NCBI GenBank assembly: GCA_037447605.1
Contig: CM074817.1
Coordinates: 1,426,001-1,490,000 of the forward strand
Source of the DNA: Zygnema circumcarinatum SAG 698-1b
Lineage: Eukaryota > Plantae > Zygnematophyceae
Direction: 5' to 3'
Length of the DNA: 64,000 nt
Shown here: piece by piece, positions 12,249 through 26,000 of the stretch
Numbering within the stretch: the stretch's first letter is position 1
Layout: every line of letters begins with the position of its first letter
The notes under the pieces: model-generated
What the model was told of the DNA's origin: nothing
The model's input: only the letters and a program-made list of their open reading frames with translations
The model's database searches: none
Position numbers and translations under genes: made by a program

Positions 12249-12545
12249 CTCTGCTCTCTCTCCTCTAGCCTTCTCTCCTTTGCTCTCTCCTGTGCTCTCT
12301 ACTCTAGTCTCTCTCTCCTTTGCTCTCACTCCTGTGCTCACTCTCTTTCTCTCCGTTGCTCTCTCTCTCGAACGTTGCGCTGATGTGTGAGAAGGAGAAA
12401 ACGGGGGGGGGAAAATATCCAAAATGGGGGGGGGCGGGATATTTCAAAATAGGGGGCAGAATAGCCGAAATGGGACGGTCGGATTTCAAAAAAACGGTGG
12501 CGGGATAACCAAAAAAGGGGGGCGGTATATAGTTCTCCTAAATTT
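11298..12545. mobile_element. Putative non-autonomous TIR element (MITE-like) filled with CCCT/CT low-complexity DNA
   Basis: The ~110-130 bp arm at 11298-~11410 is the near-identical reverse complement of ~12410-12545 (GGAGAACTATATACCGCCCCC...GAAATCCGACC). AAATTT lies at both outer ends. No transposase is encoded, and there is an N-gap inside. Confidence 0.55.
11450..12370 (+). repeat. Pyrimidine-rich low-complexity tracts: CCCT-type 11450-11670 and CT-type 11890-12370
   Basis: Directly visible; they generate spurious Pro/Leu/Ser ORFs. Confidence 0.9.
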
Positions 12546-13183
12546 CTCGCTTCCGAACGGTTGAAGTTCAACAAGTTAAGTTTAGTTTAAAAACTTCGTT
12601 GCGGGGATGAAAAAAACACTTTTCGCCTCAGTTTCCACCTCCAGAGCTTGTTTGTAGCAGTCAAGGAAAGTCGGCCCATGAAAGCGCACCCCGAGGCCAA
12701 GCACGAGCAGCAGGCGGGCAGCCAACCCGCCGCGACGCGAAGGGAAGGGCGGGAGGGGCAGCGACCGCCCGCCGGCTGGTCGCTCGTCTGTTACAGTTCG
12801 CGTCCAGTTCGGTGGCGGTCGACCGGCGGAGCTGCTGTTCGCTGTTGGCAGTTTGTGGCAACGACTCGCAAGGAACGGAACGCCCCGGCACGGAACGGGT
12901 CTCCTCTGCCCTGAGGACAGCCCTCAGGGGCTTTCATTATTCTGGAAAGCCCGATGTCCGTCGACTTTGCTCCAGGACATGCCACGTGTTGCCTGTACGG
13001 TAGATAATGTGCCGCGGCATGTGCTCACACCAAAGCGGAAAGTTCACTTGGATCGTTTCTCACACAAGAACTGGTATCATTTGAAATTCCGGCTGGTTGC
13101 AAAAAGGACGGCAAAGGGAGCGAGACGATAGGCGGAGGAGAGGGGGGGTGGAGGGAGAGGAAATAGGNNNNNNNNNNACTCTG

Positions 13184-13223
<40 letters not shown>

Positions 13224-14074
13224 TCTGCTCTCTCTCCTCTAGCCTTCTCTCCTTTGCTCTCTCCTGTGCTCTCTACTCTAGTCTCTCTCTCCTTTGCTCT
13301 CACTCCTGTGCTCACTCTCTTTCTCTCCGTTGCTCTCTCTCTCGAACGTTGCGCTGATGTGTGAGAAGGAGAAAACGGGGGGGGGAAAATATCCAAAATG
13401 GGGGGGGGCGGGATATTTCAAAATAGGGGGCAGAATAGCCGAAATGGGACGGTCGGATTTCAAAAAAACGGTGGCGGGATAACCAAAAAAGGGGGGCGGT
13501 ATATAGTTCTCCTAAATTTCTCGCTTCCGAACGGTTGAAGTTCAACAAGTTAAGTTTAGTTTAAAAACTTCGTTGCGGGGATGAAAAAAACACTTTTCGC
13601 CTCAGTTTCCACCTCCAGAGCTTGTTTGTAGCAGTCAAGGAAAGTCGGCCCATGAAAGCGCACCCCGAGGCCAAGCACGAGCAGCAGGCGGGCAGCCAAC
13701 CCGCCGCGACGCGAAGGGAAGGGCGGGAGGGGCAGCGACCGCCCGCCGGCTGGTCGCTCGTCTGTTACAGTTCGCGTCCAGTTCGGTGGCGGTCGACCGG
13801 CGGAGCTGCTGTTCGCTGTTGGCAGTTTGTGGCAACGACTCGCAAGGAACGGAACGCCCCGGCACGGAACGGGTCTCCTCTGCCCTGAGGACAGCCCTCA
13901 GGGGCTTTCATTATTCTGGAAAGCCCGATGTCCGTCGACTTTGCTCCAGGACATGCCACGTGTTGCCTGTACGGTAGATAATGTGCCGCGGCATGTGCTC
14001 ACACCAAAGCGGAAAGTTCACTTGGATCGTTTCTCACACAAGAACTGGTATCATTTGAAATTCCGGCTGGTTGC
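12201..14074 (+). repeat. Near-identical tandem duplication of ~900 bp (copy 1 ~12201-13100, copy 2 ~13179-14074, offset 974), each followed by an N-gap
   Basis: ORF track entries recur at +974 (e.g. 12648/13622, 12304/13278). Both copies end at TTGAAATTCCGGCTGGTTGC. Possibly an assembly artefact. Confidence 0.85.
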
Positions 14075-14894
14075 CGAAAAGAACAGCAAAGGCGAATCCC
14101 CGGCGAGAAAAGAGGCTGAGGGGGAGGAGAGGGATGGGGAGGGGAGAGATGGGGGGAGAGTGGCAGTAGNNNNNNNNNNNNNNNNNNNNNNNNNNNNNNN
14201 NNNNNNNNNNNNNNNNNNNNNNNNNNNNNNNNNNNNNNNNNNNNNNNNNNNNNNNNNNNNNNNNNNNNNTACAGTATTTCGGGGTTATATCGTGCTCGAG
14301 GATAGGGTACAGGTACAGGCCTGTACCATTGGTCGGCAATGTGTTGGCACCCGTTGGCTAGCAGACCAAGCCATCTGGTTCGCCAATGGTTGGCCAGTTA
14401 ATGAAATCGAGCTAGCGCTGTGCAGTAGCTGTTGCTGTATACAACGTCAATTACAGTGCAGAACTGGTATTGTGAATAGGAGGGGATCTCAGACTTGGAA
14501 AACCGATATGGAATTGACTTTTGGAACATAAGTACTTCAAATTGCTAACTTTATTTGCTTCGTTGTTGCTAGTTTGCGAAAAGTGTGTACCATACTGAAT
14601 TTTAATTCCTTTTGCCCGTGCATTTGATGGCGTCACCGCATGCCCGTTCAGATCTATGTGGGGCCTTCAACACAATTTACAAAATTCACGCAGGTATTCT
14701 GTGAAAAAGGACAAACAATTCATTTGAATTGAGCAATTTAGAATAGAAAAACAGGTTTACAGTTCGTGACAATGTCGCTGGGAAGCAAACTAGGTAATTA
14801 TGAACTACTTTCGAGGGCTCTACGTCCAATTTTCCGGTGCTTAAATCGGTTGAAGACAGTAGGATCAAACAATTCCAACAACATAAAAGAAAGT

Positions 14895-15433
14895 AACGCA
14901 AACTTTCATTGAACTCGCGATGGCGAGGCCATCAAATTTACATGGATAAAGGCAAAATGTGGAACCACGAAGGACTGGTCACAAAGGACCGAAACACAAT
15001 AAAACGAAGCTAGGAGCGGAAAACTACGCCTAGGCACAACAACGCAGCCCTAGAAGCAGCCGCGAAGGTCACCGATGTGAGGCACGTCGCGAGGAGGGAG
15101 CGGCGGAAGTCCACCAACACGGTCACCAACAACTGCAGCACGCCGAAGTAGCGTAGAAGCGAGNNNNNNNNNNACGCTACTTCGGCGTGCTGCAGTTGTT
15201 GGTGACCGTGTTGGTGGACTTCCGCCGCTCCCTCCTCGCGACGTGCCTCACATCGGTGACCTTCGCGGCTGCTTCTAGGGCTGCGTTGTTGTGCCTAGGC
15301 GTAGTTTTCCGCTCCTAGCTTCGTTTTATTGTGTTTCGGTCCTTTGTGACCAGTCCTTCGTGGTTCCACATTTTGCCTTTATCCATGTAAATTTGATGGC
15401 CTCGCCATCGCGAGTTCAATGAAAGTTTGCGTT
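14895..15433. repeat. 260-bp inverted repeat (14895-15154 / 15174-15433) centred on a 10-N gap
   Basis: The arms read as reverse complements of each other from AACGCAAACTTTC to AGTAGCGT. Confidence 0.85.
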
Positions 15434-15816
15434 GCGTTAGAGGAAGACGAGAAGTGTAAGGCGAAGCGGCGCGAGTGGGAGGATTCAGGGAGTGTTATGG
15501 AAGCCGACACCTTTTCCTACGTGGCACATCCAACGGTTAGAAACTCATACGTGTCCACGTTAAGAATCGAACGGCTCTAATTTCATGTTTGTCCACCTGG
15601 CAGATCCAACGGCCGCTGTTCTGAAGTCTCATCGAAATGAAAAGTGAAAAAGTGAAAGCGCTGGGACGGGAGAGATGTGGAAAGCCGAAAGCGCTGCTTT
15701 TGCGAGACGCTGTGGGCCGAGACGGGAGTGAGGGAAAGAGGGAGAGAGGGAGAGAGGATAGGAGGGAAGGGGAGGGAGTGGAGTGGAGGAGGTAAGCAGA
15801 GAAAGGAGCAGGTACC

Positions 15817-18800
15817 ATGCGCTTGCTAACGCTCGCAACATGCAACCTGAACCAATGGGCCATGGACTTCCAAGGAAACCTGCTGAGGATCAAAGAGTCC
15901 ATAAGGACGGCCAAGCAGGAAGGAGCCAGCTACCGAGTGGGGCCCGAGCTTGAGATTACTGGCTATGGCTGCGAAGATCATTTTCATGAGCAGGACACCT
16001 GTCATCATGCGTAAGCAATTCTCCCAGCATTACTTTCCGTCATGTTCTCTTTGATAATTTCTTGTTCTGTGTCCACACTTTATGCACGTCTCCCCGTTCG
16101 ATAGAACTCCTGGTTTTTATTTCTTTTCAGTTTTTCGTTGACCTTTTTGAGGCTTATGACTTTGAAAGAAGCTTGCTTGATTTACCCTGCCTTCACAATA
16201 AAGCACTGTAATAGTTTGATTAGAGCCAAGAAAATTAAGGCTAAAGTTTTACTTATACCGAGAGCGTAGCTTTTCCGCATTCATCTAGCTTTGAGTCACA
16301 GTTGTTACAAGCAACGAGCAGCCAATTCTGCAATGAAAAAGCGCACGAAAGCACACACATTTTTGGAGATTACTAAATTTGAAATCCGATTTCCTTTCAG
16401 AATAGACCATTTCATTTCGGTTTATCATGAAAGAATGCAATAAGAATGGATTCTGAAAAAGAAAATAGTCAATATTTTGCTATATGCTTCAGCTGTAAGA
16501 CTGCAAGTGAAAAAGTACCATCACAATGCAAGCGGTGAACACCTTGCACAGTTGGTCGACCAAATGATGCACACATGACAGTAAACTCCAGTTTTTTTGT
16601 GATTGTCAACTCCAAGAAGTCCTAAACAGCATACTTGGGTAACACCATCGCAAAAGACATAAGAAAGCAAGTCTGCAGCTCAAATGCTCCAATAAGCCAT
16701 TGAAAAGGGGGTATGAAGGCTTCAACTTCTGACCGTCTTCAAATCTTGCACGTCACATTCTATTTATACCCGATTTCTACGACTTCGTGCTGACTTTTAT
16801 CTCGTCAGTGCAGGTGGGAATGCCTGGCTGATATATTGGCCTCGGATTTGACAGACGACATTGTATGTGATATTGGTCTGCCTGTGGAGCATAGAGGCAT
16901 AAGATACAATTGTCGAGCCTTTTGCCTTAATCGCCGCATCCTTCTCATTCGGCCAAAGATGGATTTAGCCAATGATGGCAATTACAGAGAGACACGGTGG
17001 TTTGCAGCATGGCAACGAAGTCGACAGGTGGAGGAGCGTCGCCTGCCGAAGATTATCAGCGATGTTGCAGGACAACAAACAGTTCCATTTGGAGATGCAT
17101 ATTTAGAATTCGAGGATACGTGCGTTTCTGCACCGTGGAAGGACTCTGTTACGGGTATCTAAGTGACTCAGTAGAAGGGATTTTGGCCTGGCCTTTGCAA
17201 ATTGAACAATGATCGGATAACTTTTATGTGATTCATTTGGAAAGCATCAGAAGACGAGACGTAATTTTTTATTAGTTTTGAATAGCAGGATCAGTCCGAG
17301 GTGGATGTGAGTTACGATACTTACTGAGAGCTGTTGATCCTGGCTAAAATAAGACATATCTAGTTCCTCAGTCCGTGCAAGGAGTAGAGTTGCTTACACA
17401 AAAATAAGCGAAAATTTCAAACGATTTATTCAACTATTAAGCTATACAGGGTGTATAAGTTTTCATGAGTCTAATGGCAGTACAGAATACCGTAAATGGG
17501 ATACTGCTTGTAATAGTACGGGGAAGATAGTTTTTGAGGTCTTTTGGTGTGGAAACGGGGAAGTGACTTTGGGGAAGAGCAAGAGGAGGGAGTAGGACGA
17601 GAGCGTAAGGGTAGAGAAAACGAGATTTAGACTGGAATGCTAGAAGGGTTGGATTGGTGGAAGTCAGACTGCGGCGTAATAGCAAGGGAGATCAGGAAGG
17701 GTTGGAAGGTAGCACTCCCTCACTGCATCTCTATATTTTGTCTTGCAGAAGCTTAGCAGCTGAGACTTGTGAGGAGCTCTTTACTCCAGCCTCTCCCCAC
17801 ATTAGCCTTGCTCTGAATGGAATTGAGGTCGTCAGCAATGGCAGTGGGTCTCATCATCAACTCCGCAAGCTCAATACTCGCCTGAATCTAATGAAGGAAG
17901 CGACAGTTAAAGCTGGTGGTATCTACGTGTATGCCAATCAGAAGGGCTGTGATGGTGGCCGACTTTACTATGGTAAAGACATCCGTCACTACCTTCATGT
18001 CCCAGCTGTTACCCTGATTTGCAACAACTATGTTTTGTCGTTCGATTCCACCTTGGCTCGACTTTAGAAGCAATGTGTGCACTTTTATTGAGAGGAACTC
18101 AAGAATCCGGCTCAAGCAAGCTTCTAAGACTCGTCGTCAAGATTTTTTCATGATTCGTGCACTTGTTTTGCAGTGAATAATTCATCTAAGAGGATTGTAC
18201 TCTTCTGTGTAACGAAGAAAAAAGCTTGACCAAGCTCCATGTCTGCTTTTATTTCTATCTGTAGTGAGAATATTGGGGCCTTTTTGGGTACATTTCAGAT
18301 GGCTGTGCGGCGGTCGTGGTTAACGGAGATGTTGTTGCGCAAGGTTCGCAGTTTTCGATGTCAGATGTTGAAGTTGTGACAGCGACAGTGGACCTTGATA
18401 CGGTAGGCGGCTATTTCTGAACTTCAACTTCAAATATGGATGAATGATATGTCTTTGCAAAGGTGGATCTGTGCTTCTATACCTTGTTCGCAAGCAGCAG
18501 GTAACAACTGTTCTGGTTGGTTGGAAAGCTCTTGTCTTTTTAGGGTCTTTTATGCTTCCATGACGACATGACACTATCGAGAATCACTTTTTTCTGAAGC
18601 ATCCTTTTGCATTCTGTAGGTTGCTAGTTATCGTGGAGCAAACAGCAGTATGCGAGAGCAAGCGACGAGAGAGCCGCGAATACCATCAGTTTTTGTCTCA
18701 TTCCGTCTCACATCCTCCACCGACGGGCTTAAGAAGTTCCCGTCACTCCCTGTTCAGGTAATCTAACCTTACTTTCTTAACCACCCGAAAGTGAGGAAGA

Positions 18801-21800
18801 CAACGAAACATTACTCTGCTCACTAGCATGCAGTGCTGCTCATTATCGTACCGTCGAGTTTTTCGAGTTTCAAAGTCAAACCATACTGTTTCCTGTCTAT
18901 GCTGCTCAAGGTCCTAAATAGTTCTACTACAAAGCAAAAGTCTAAGTATACTGAGAAGTCATTCAAACAGATTCGTTACCATGTTCCCGAGGAAGAGATC
19001 GCTATGGGGCCGGCCTGTTGGCTGTGGGATTATCTTCGTCGGAGTGGTGCATCCGGATTCCTATTACCGTTATCAGGGGGAGCTGACAGTTCATCTGTTG
19101 CTGCTATAGTAGGCTGCATGAGTCAGCTTGTAATAAAAGGTGCTCATCGATCTCTGCTTCCTCCAGCCTTTCGTAGTTTCCATGCATGTCACACTTTAAG
19201 CGTCCATACTTCTAAAAATTCGGGAGCATTAGTAATGCTGTTGGAAATTCTGATAGCTCGTCTAAAAACAACAGTATAGGTATGCTCATCTTTTCTCTTT
19301 CATGAGTTGTCTTCACTTGAAATCGAGGCTTTGAGCCAAATATTTACGAACATTTGAGGTTGAATTTCAGCAATTTCCGACGGCAATCAAGATGTTTTGA
19401 AGGACGCCCTTCGCATTGGTCAATATCAAGACGGCGAGCAGCCTGCAGATGCGCAGGAGTTTGCGAGCCGAATACTGCACACTGTCTATATGGGCACGGA
19501 GAACAGGTTTGTGGTGAATCTGTGTTGTGTGTTCAATGAAGTCCTAACTTGAATAATTTCACATACTGTAAGCATTCAGAATAAACCTTATTGGAGCTGG
19601 ACCTTTTTTTTCCAAAGCCTGCTACTATCTCAAGAGGACGTATAAAGTGGTTTTGAAATTTCTACCGTTCGTCATTTGCCCCCCCATGCATGTTGAGCAG
19701 CTCTGCAGAAACTCGGAAAAGGTCTGCAAATCTTGCCGGGCAAATAGGAGCATCACATCTGGACATAAGTATCGATTCTGTTGTGTCAGCTCTTATCGGA
19801 TTGTTCAAATTGGTCACTGGGAAGCGTCCCATGTATAAGGTCAGTACAGCACCTACACGCCTTTACCAAAAACTGGATGTAGATATCAGGCTTCTCTCTC
19901 CCCTCTCTCGCTCTCTCTCTCTCTCTCATTCTCCCTTGCTTTTTATCTCATCTCTTTATCCGGTTTTGGTAATTTGAATAGTGCGAATCCACAGCTCAAA
20001 CTCGTTTTAAGCCTTTCGTGTAATAACTTGCTGTTGACTCGTCAAATGTGTGCTATTCTCTGTAATTGGCAACTTCCAAGTAGACAACCTTGCCTGTATG
20101 CGTTCCTTCCTCTTTGGTCCAATTTCCCAACCTTGCTTGCAGTTTCTCCGCACTCTAGGCTCTTTTCTCATGTAGGCTTTGGGTCTGCTCCGGCTGATTT
20201 TTCTCAAGCATGTCATCTTTGGGAGAACGTTTCAGTGTGTACCAGCGGTAGCTCAGCAATCATATGCGATTTATATGCGATTTCCATTTTTGCACGTCAT
20301 TGGATGCAGGTTTCTTCTAACCTGTTCTCAAACTGCTACCATTGCAAGACAAATCAAACACTTATCTCGTATATTTGTGGGCCTATCTATCTTCTGCAGG
20401 TTGATGGAGGCACCTCTGGAGAAAACCTTGCCCTCCAAAACATTCAAGCACGTCTGCGGATGGTGATTGCTTTCCTATTTGCACAGTTGCTACCATGGGT
20501 CCGAGGAAAGGCGGGCTTCTTACTTGTTTTGGGAAGTGCGAATGTGGATGAAGGGCTGAGAGGCTACTTAACAAAGGTCTGCTCTTTTTCTGTTGCCACT
20601 TTCTTTTCCCTTTCTAGTCATTCTGCTTCACAGATTGCGCTTTTGGGTTTCCTTTCTTCTGTCAGTTTATCGCCGAGAAAGTTGTGACTGACTCAGTCTA
20701 GGGTAGGTAGTTTGAATGCTTATCACTTTCAGCTCACTAAGTTGCTGAGATTTGCTGTTGCAGTACGACTGCAGTTCAGCAGACATAAATCCAATTGGAG
20801 GCATCAGTAAACAAGATTTGAGGGCCTTCTTGAGATGGGGAGCGGTGCATCTCGGCTTCTCAGTTTTAGCTGACGTGGAGGTTGCTCCTCCAACAGCAGA
20901 GTTGGAACCAATCAGAGCCAACTATGTACAGGTATTGTTCTACTCTAGTCATTTCGTCTCCTACTGGCTTCTTATCCCCGCTTCAACTATTGTTTCCCCA
21001 TTGTCGCCATCAAGGAGTGTGTATTGTGACAGAAATGTATTGCATGAACACATCATAGTCTGCAGACGCAAAACAAAACGAAAAATGCCAAACTGTCGAG
21101 ATATCTTAAGTCACCCTAATATATAAATATCTTGTAGTTTGTAGAATGTATGGGAAACTTGAACTTGAGCTTGAGCTTTTGTCATATTTAATCTATTTCA
21201 GGTGGATGAAGTGGACATGGGAATGACATATGAGGAGCTTTCACTTTATGGCCGACTCCGCAAAATATACCACTGTGGGCCAGTCTCTATGTTCCAGGCA
21301 GGCTGCCTTTCCTTGAACATCACCCCTAGTAACAACACCTTCAGACAAGCTATTCATTCGCTTGCTCTTCTCTTGAAACAAGCTTGCTGATAGAATATGC
21401 TTTCTGCTGTAGAGACTTTGACGTACTTTTTAAAAAAACTAGTATTCTCGCGAACTGCATGTGAGAAGAATGAGCAGTAGAGCTGACTCTGTCTCTCCAA
21501 AAAGTCATCCGTTCAAAGCAACAGCGCCGATGGCTTGTCTCATCTTGTTTCATATTTCACTACTACTAACCGATTGATGCATGCTATGAGTCAGGTTGTG
21601 GTTCTGGAAACAGTTCCTTGGGTCATTCGAGTACGAGGCTCACATCTTTCAAGCTTCCCAAGTTTCAATTTTTTTTCTTTGTTGTGCAGCATTTATGTCA
21701 CAGGTGGCAAGGAAAGTACAGTCCCGCGGAAGTCGCCAAAAAGGTGAAAGACTTCTTTAGGTACTACTCCATTAATCGCCACAAGATGACGACGTTGACA

Positions 21801-22279
21801 CCATCCTACCACGCAGAGGTGGGTGCTGATTACATGCAATTTAAGGCTTACTGATAACATTGACCTTTCTTAAGGCTCGACTTGAGGGATCATTTGAGCT
21901 CCTCTTTCCCTCTCCTCTAGAATCGATATCCTTATAAGGTAGAATGTTCTCCTCTTTGCCTCTCCTCTAGTATAGAGACCCTTCCAAGAAAGAAGCCCCT
22001 CACTCGGTTTTCTTCATCACTGGCCTGCTCGTGCAGAACTATTCCCCAGAAGACAACCGCTTTGATTTGCGGCAGTTTCTGTACAACACTCGATGGCCCT
22101 GGCAGTTTCAGAAAATAGACCACATGGTGAAGGAAGCCGGTGAGAAGCTTCTGGAAGATGCTCCTGCTCCCCTCCTCTTGGCTCGGCCAATTACGACTGC
22201 TGCGGAGGTGGCAGGACTGCAAGCGGATGCCGTGGGCGTGCCTTCAGCCGCTGCTGGAAAGGCGGGGACAGGCTATTAA
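15817..22279 (+). CDS. QNS1: Glutamine-dependent NAD+ synthetase (eukaryotic type), multi-exon
   Basis: Nitrilase-like glutaminase domain: [68 protein letters not shown]. Synthetase domain: [90 protein letters not shown]. Confidence 0.96.
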
Positions 22280-23064
22280 TAGGGTTTTATGTATGGGGGG
22301 GAGTGGCATTGATCTGACGATAGGGACTTGAGAAAGAAAGCGGGTGAAAGAGAATCAAAAAATTCAAAAAATCGATCTCGTACGAAAAACCTTATTTTAG
22401 AGGGTGCTTTAAAAAATGGCGAGCTCTCTATGACCGTGGAAATAAGGTTTGGGTGGAAGCGCAGTAAGTGAGGCAATGGTGCGCGAATGTGGGGACTTTT
22501 CTTAGTGTATATAAGCAATGGCCATGTCCGTAACCTTCAACTACTTAGGGGGTTCAGACTTCAGACTTAGGAAAGTTTCACATTTTTGAAAGTTCGGGAT
22601 TGCAGTCCTCGAAAAAAATCGTAGAAAGGGAAAGTCGATACATGTCTGTGTACAGCTTTCCATTGAAGATCAGCATAAAGTAAAAGTGTTGATTTTCAAA
22701 TACGTTACACGGAAGCTAAGATTGAAATTCCCTAAATAGAGTAGTAACAGCGAATCAGAGCTAATTCCGTATTTGGGGTTTCTCGAGTTGGCCAAACGGG
22801 GTGCCAGACTTGAAAACGTTTCACGCTGATGAATTCAAAATCAATGCCCATCATGTAACTAAATTCCAAACATATTGCACACACAAAAGTAATGGCACTG
22901 AACCTTTAGGGGCCCTCATTTGAGGAACATGGCAGAAGCTCATCTGATACATAGAACTCTGTCAATAAATGGCATTTGACCTATGAATATGGGAACAGAG
23001 GCCATAAAGAATAGTTTCACGAGACAAAGAATGTATGAATGCATGTATGTGCTCTGAGCAGAAA

Positions 23065-26000
23065 TCAGGACCAAATGTCCCTGATATAGCGCTTGTCACT
23101 CGTCATGACAGCGAGGTAAGAAACCGCCAAACTCTCCGTCATGTTACCGTGCTCCGCCATGATGGACAGCAGGGTGGCATGCACGTCCTTTGCCATGTGG
23201 GCGCCATCTCTGGAAGGAGGAAACGAGACGAGAAGACGGGAGAGAGGGAGGGGGAGGGAGGGAGAAAGAGAGAGAAGAGGAGAAAGTTTTAGGGGAGGAA
23301 GGGGGAGAGAGAGAGGAGAAGAGAGAGAAAGAGAAAGAGAGAAAGAAAGAGGAGGAAAGGAAGTTTAGTCATCAGCTGACAGAAGGCTTTCTTTGGCTTG
23401 ATTTAGAACCGATGGCGTGTCCTAAGGCCTCACAGCCGTAGAAAGCAACTGACTAATCCAACTACACGAAACTATCCTTCGATAAAAGACAACTTTACAA
23501 GAGACTGGAGATTGCTTGCTTTCCATGTATCTAAGAAATGTGAAGAGGACAAAACCATTCTGAAGGAGTCTACTAATTGTGAGTGTGGTACATCAGGATC
23601 AAACAGGACGAGCCATAGATCTATTATCAACATACAACATGATCAAGTGCTTATTTTTTAACGGCCTCCAAACATGACCGGATAGCACACTCGAATGCCG
23701 GACAGAAACTTACCCGCAGACAAAGATATAGGCTTGAGGATGACGTAGTAACGAATACACCTCAGAGCCGTACTCCTTCAACTTATGCTGAACATAAACC
23801 TGCCAAGTCCAATGGTCCAAACAAAGGGAGTTCAGCTTCGTTTTCACTCTGTCATAGTTATACTGCTCCATCAGATGACTCAGCCCGGTACCATCCTGCT
23901 TGGTCGTAGCACCTTCTCGACTACCACTTTTTCCATTTGATGGCTTTGTGAGGTTAAAAGACCCTACGAGGCTAAAAACACATATGTAATTCACAAGAGG
24001 ATTGTAGGGATCATAGCTGATTCTAGAATATCGAGGGATGACTATGCAATATCCAAAACTGCACTACTCCCTTCTAAATGAAGCTACTCAGTTTCCTTCA
24101 CGAAGTCTGAAGATCTGCACTATAAAGTTCATTCAGTTCGAGCATTTCAAGAAAGAAAATTCACCTTCTCCGTCTGCGCTCGGGAAAATGCCACCACCAT
24201 TTTCGTCAGTGTCTTGTCTGCCTCGAAGGCTTCAAAATCTTCTCTGAAAAGGTAATCTTCATCCTCACGCCGGCACCCAAAAAACAGCCATGCGTCCGCA
24301 CCCTCCCTTAAACCCCCCTCTCCTCTCTCCCGCAGAAGAGCTCTCCTTTCCTGAAGAAAACCTCTAAAGGGACAGACTCCTGTTCCTGGGCCGATCATAA
24401 TCAAAGGGCTGTCTAAACTTGGAGGAGGATGAAATTCACCACCCCCCTTGTGAAAGACAGGAAGCTGGACAGGAACACTTGTTGGGACCCATTCTCTGTT
24501 GGGTCCTATCGCTAAGCATCTCTCCATCCAGTTTGTTGCCACCCCCTGAAACAGTCGGTCCTTTGGCATCTTTACCTTCACTACACTAAAAGCAACTTGT
24601 ATGTGGTTTGGGTCGACAGCTGGTGAGTTTGTGATGGAATAGAAGCGAGCCACTAGGGGTGGTAGGGTATCCAACAGATGTGCTAAATCTGGGTTGCAAG
24701 ATGGATAACTGAGAAGAAGGTCAAGCAGACCAGGTCGCTCATCCTGAATGTTGGTCTTGTAGGCATCTTTGCCCCCTCGACTAGACAAAAATAGCAACTT
24801 GGTCTTTTCCTTGTGATCTAAACAGTATTCCGCCAAAACACGGAGTAGCCCCTTTCTGGGAACAGCTGTGATATCAACATAATGCAGCAATGCTTGTCGT
24901 AATGTGCATGGCTGTTTGATATGGCTCAGAGCTTCTACTCCCCCATCCTCGTCATCTAAGGGGTGAATACGAAATCTTCGATTTTCATCCACACTTAGCC
25001 TTTGCATCAACTTGTCCACGATTTCTGTATCGTTTTGAGGAACTACCCCTATGGAGTCTCCTGGTCTAAACTTTATCCCACTTCCACTGATGTCCACTTC
25101 CAAGTCAATCACCACTCTATCAGACCAAGAAGCTGTCAGATACTTTGCCCTGCTGACAGGGGCATGGAAAGGAAGAGAAGCCGAATGGAACAACTCACTT
25201 TCCTGGTTTCCATCTGATTTCCCATTAGCCGTGTTCACATGAAATGCAGGCTGAATTTCACCTTCTACCCAATCTTGGAGTTTTACTCTACAAGGTTGCA
25301 GTGCAGGGACTCCAACGAGCTCAACTTCTTCCTCTTTCGCCCCTCCATCGGACTCTATAGTAACATTGTCAGCAATGCTTAATGGCTCGGCTGCAAGAGC
25401 TTCTTTTAAAGGCTCCCAGATGCCGGAAAACCACGCGTCTACAATATCCTCCAGTCTGCCCCAAACAGCAACCATTGTTCAATTAGCAATTCCTACCGGC
25501 TGATGCTTCTATTCTCTAGGTAATAGAACGAGTATGCTCTTCCAAATTGGAAGAAGGAGCTGAGAGAGGCGAACTCACCCGTCTACCTCATCTGCTTCAC
25601 AGCATTTATAGAAGCAGCGAGCTCCGAGCTCCGGAAGCCGCGTAGTGAAGACACGTGGCACCTGCATGAAGCGAGTGTAGTTCGAGTCTCCCAATCCTGT
25701 TCACCGCCCATACAAGGAAAAGCTTCAGCAATTATACCAATTATACAGTGAAGGACGAGAAACTAAAACTTAAAGGAGAGAGTTTAGTAGCTGACGGTCA
25801 AGAAATGTTCAATCTTATAGATAGGCCACACACCAAGGCGAAGAGCATAGGCCATATGGTCATATCTCCATTACAACTATATATACTTATATTGAACGGA
25901 CGAGAGAGAGGACTTAAAGTAGCCCTGAGAGGATGTGCAGTTCGAGTTCATGCTGAAATCACAGGATTGCATCAAAAATACTGATTCTCTGCAACCACTA

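Noticed and set aside
11200-13482. Pro/Leu/Ser- or Gly/Arg/Glu-rich ORFs in the track
   Set aside because: They are translations of CCCT/CT microsatellites that span N-gaps and are open in several frames at once.
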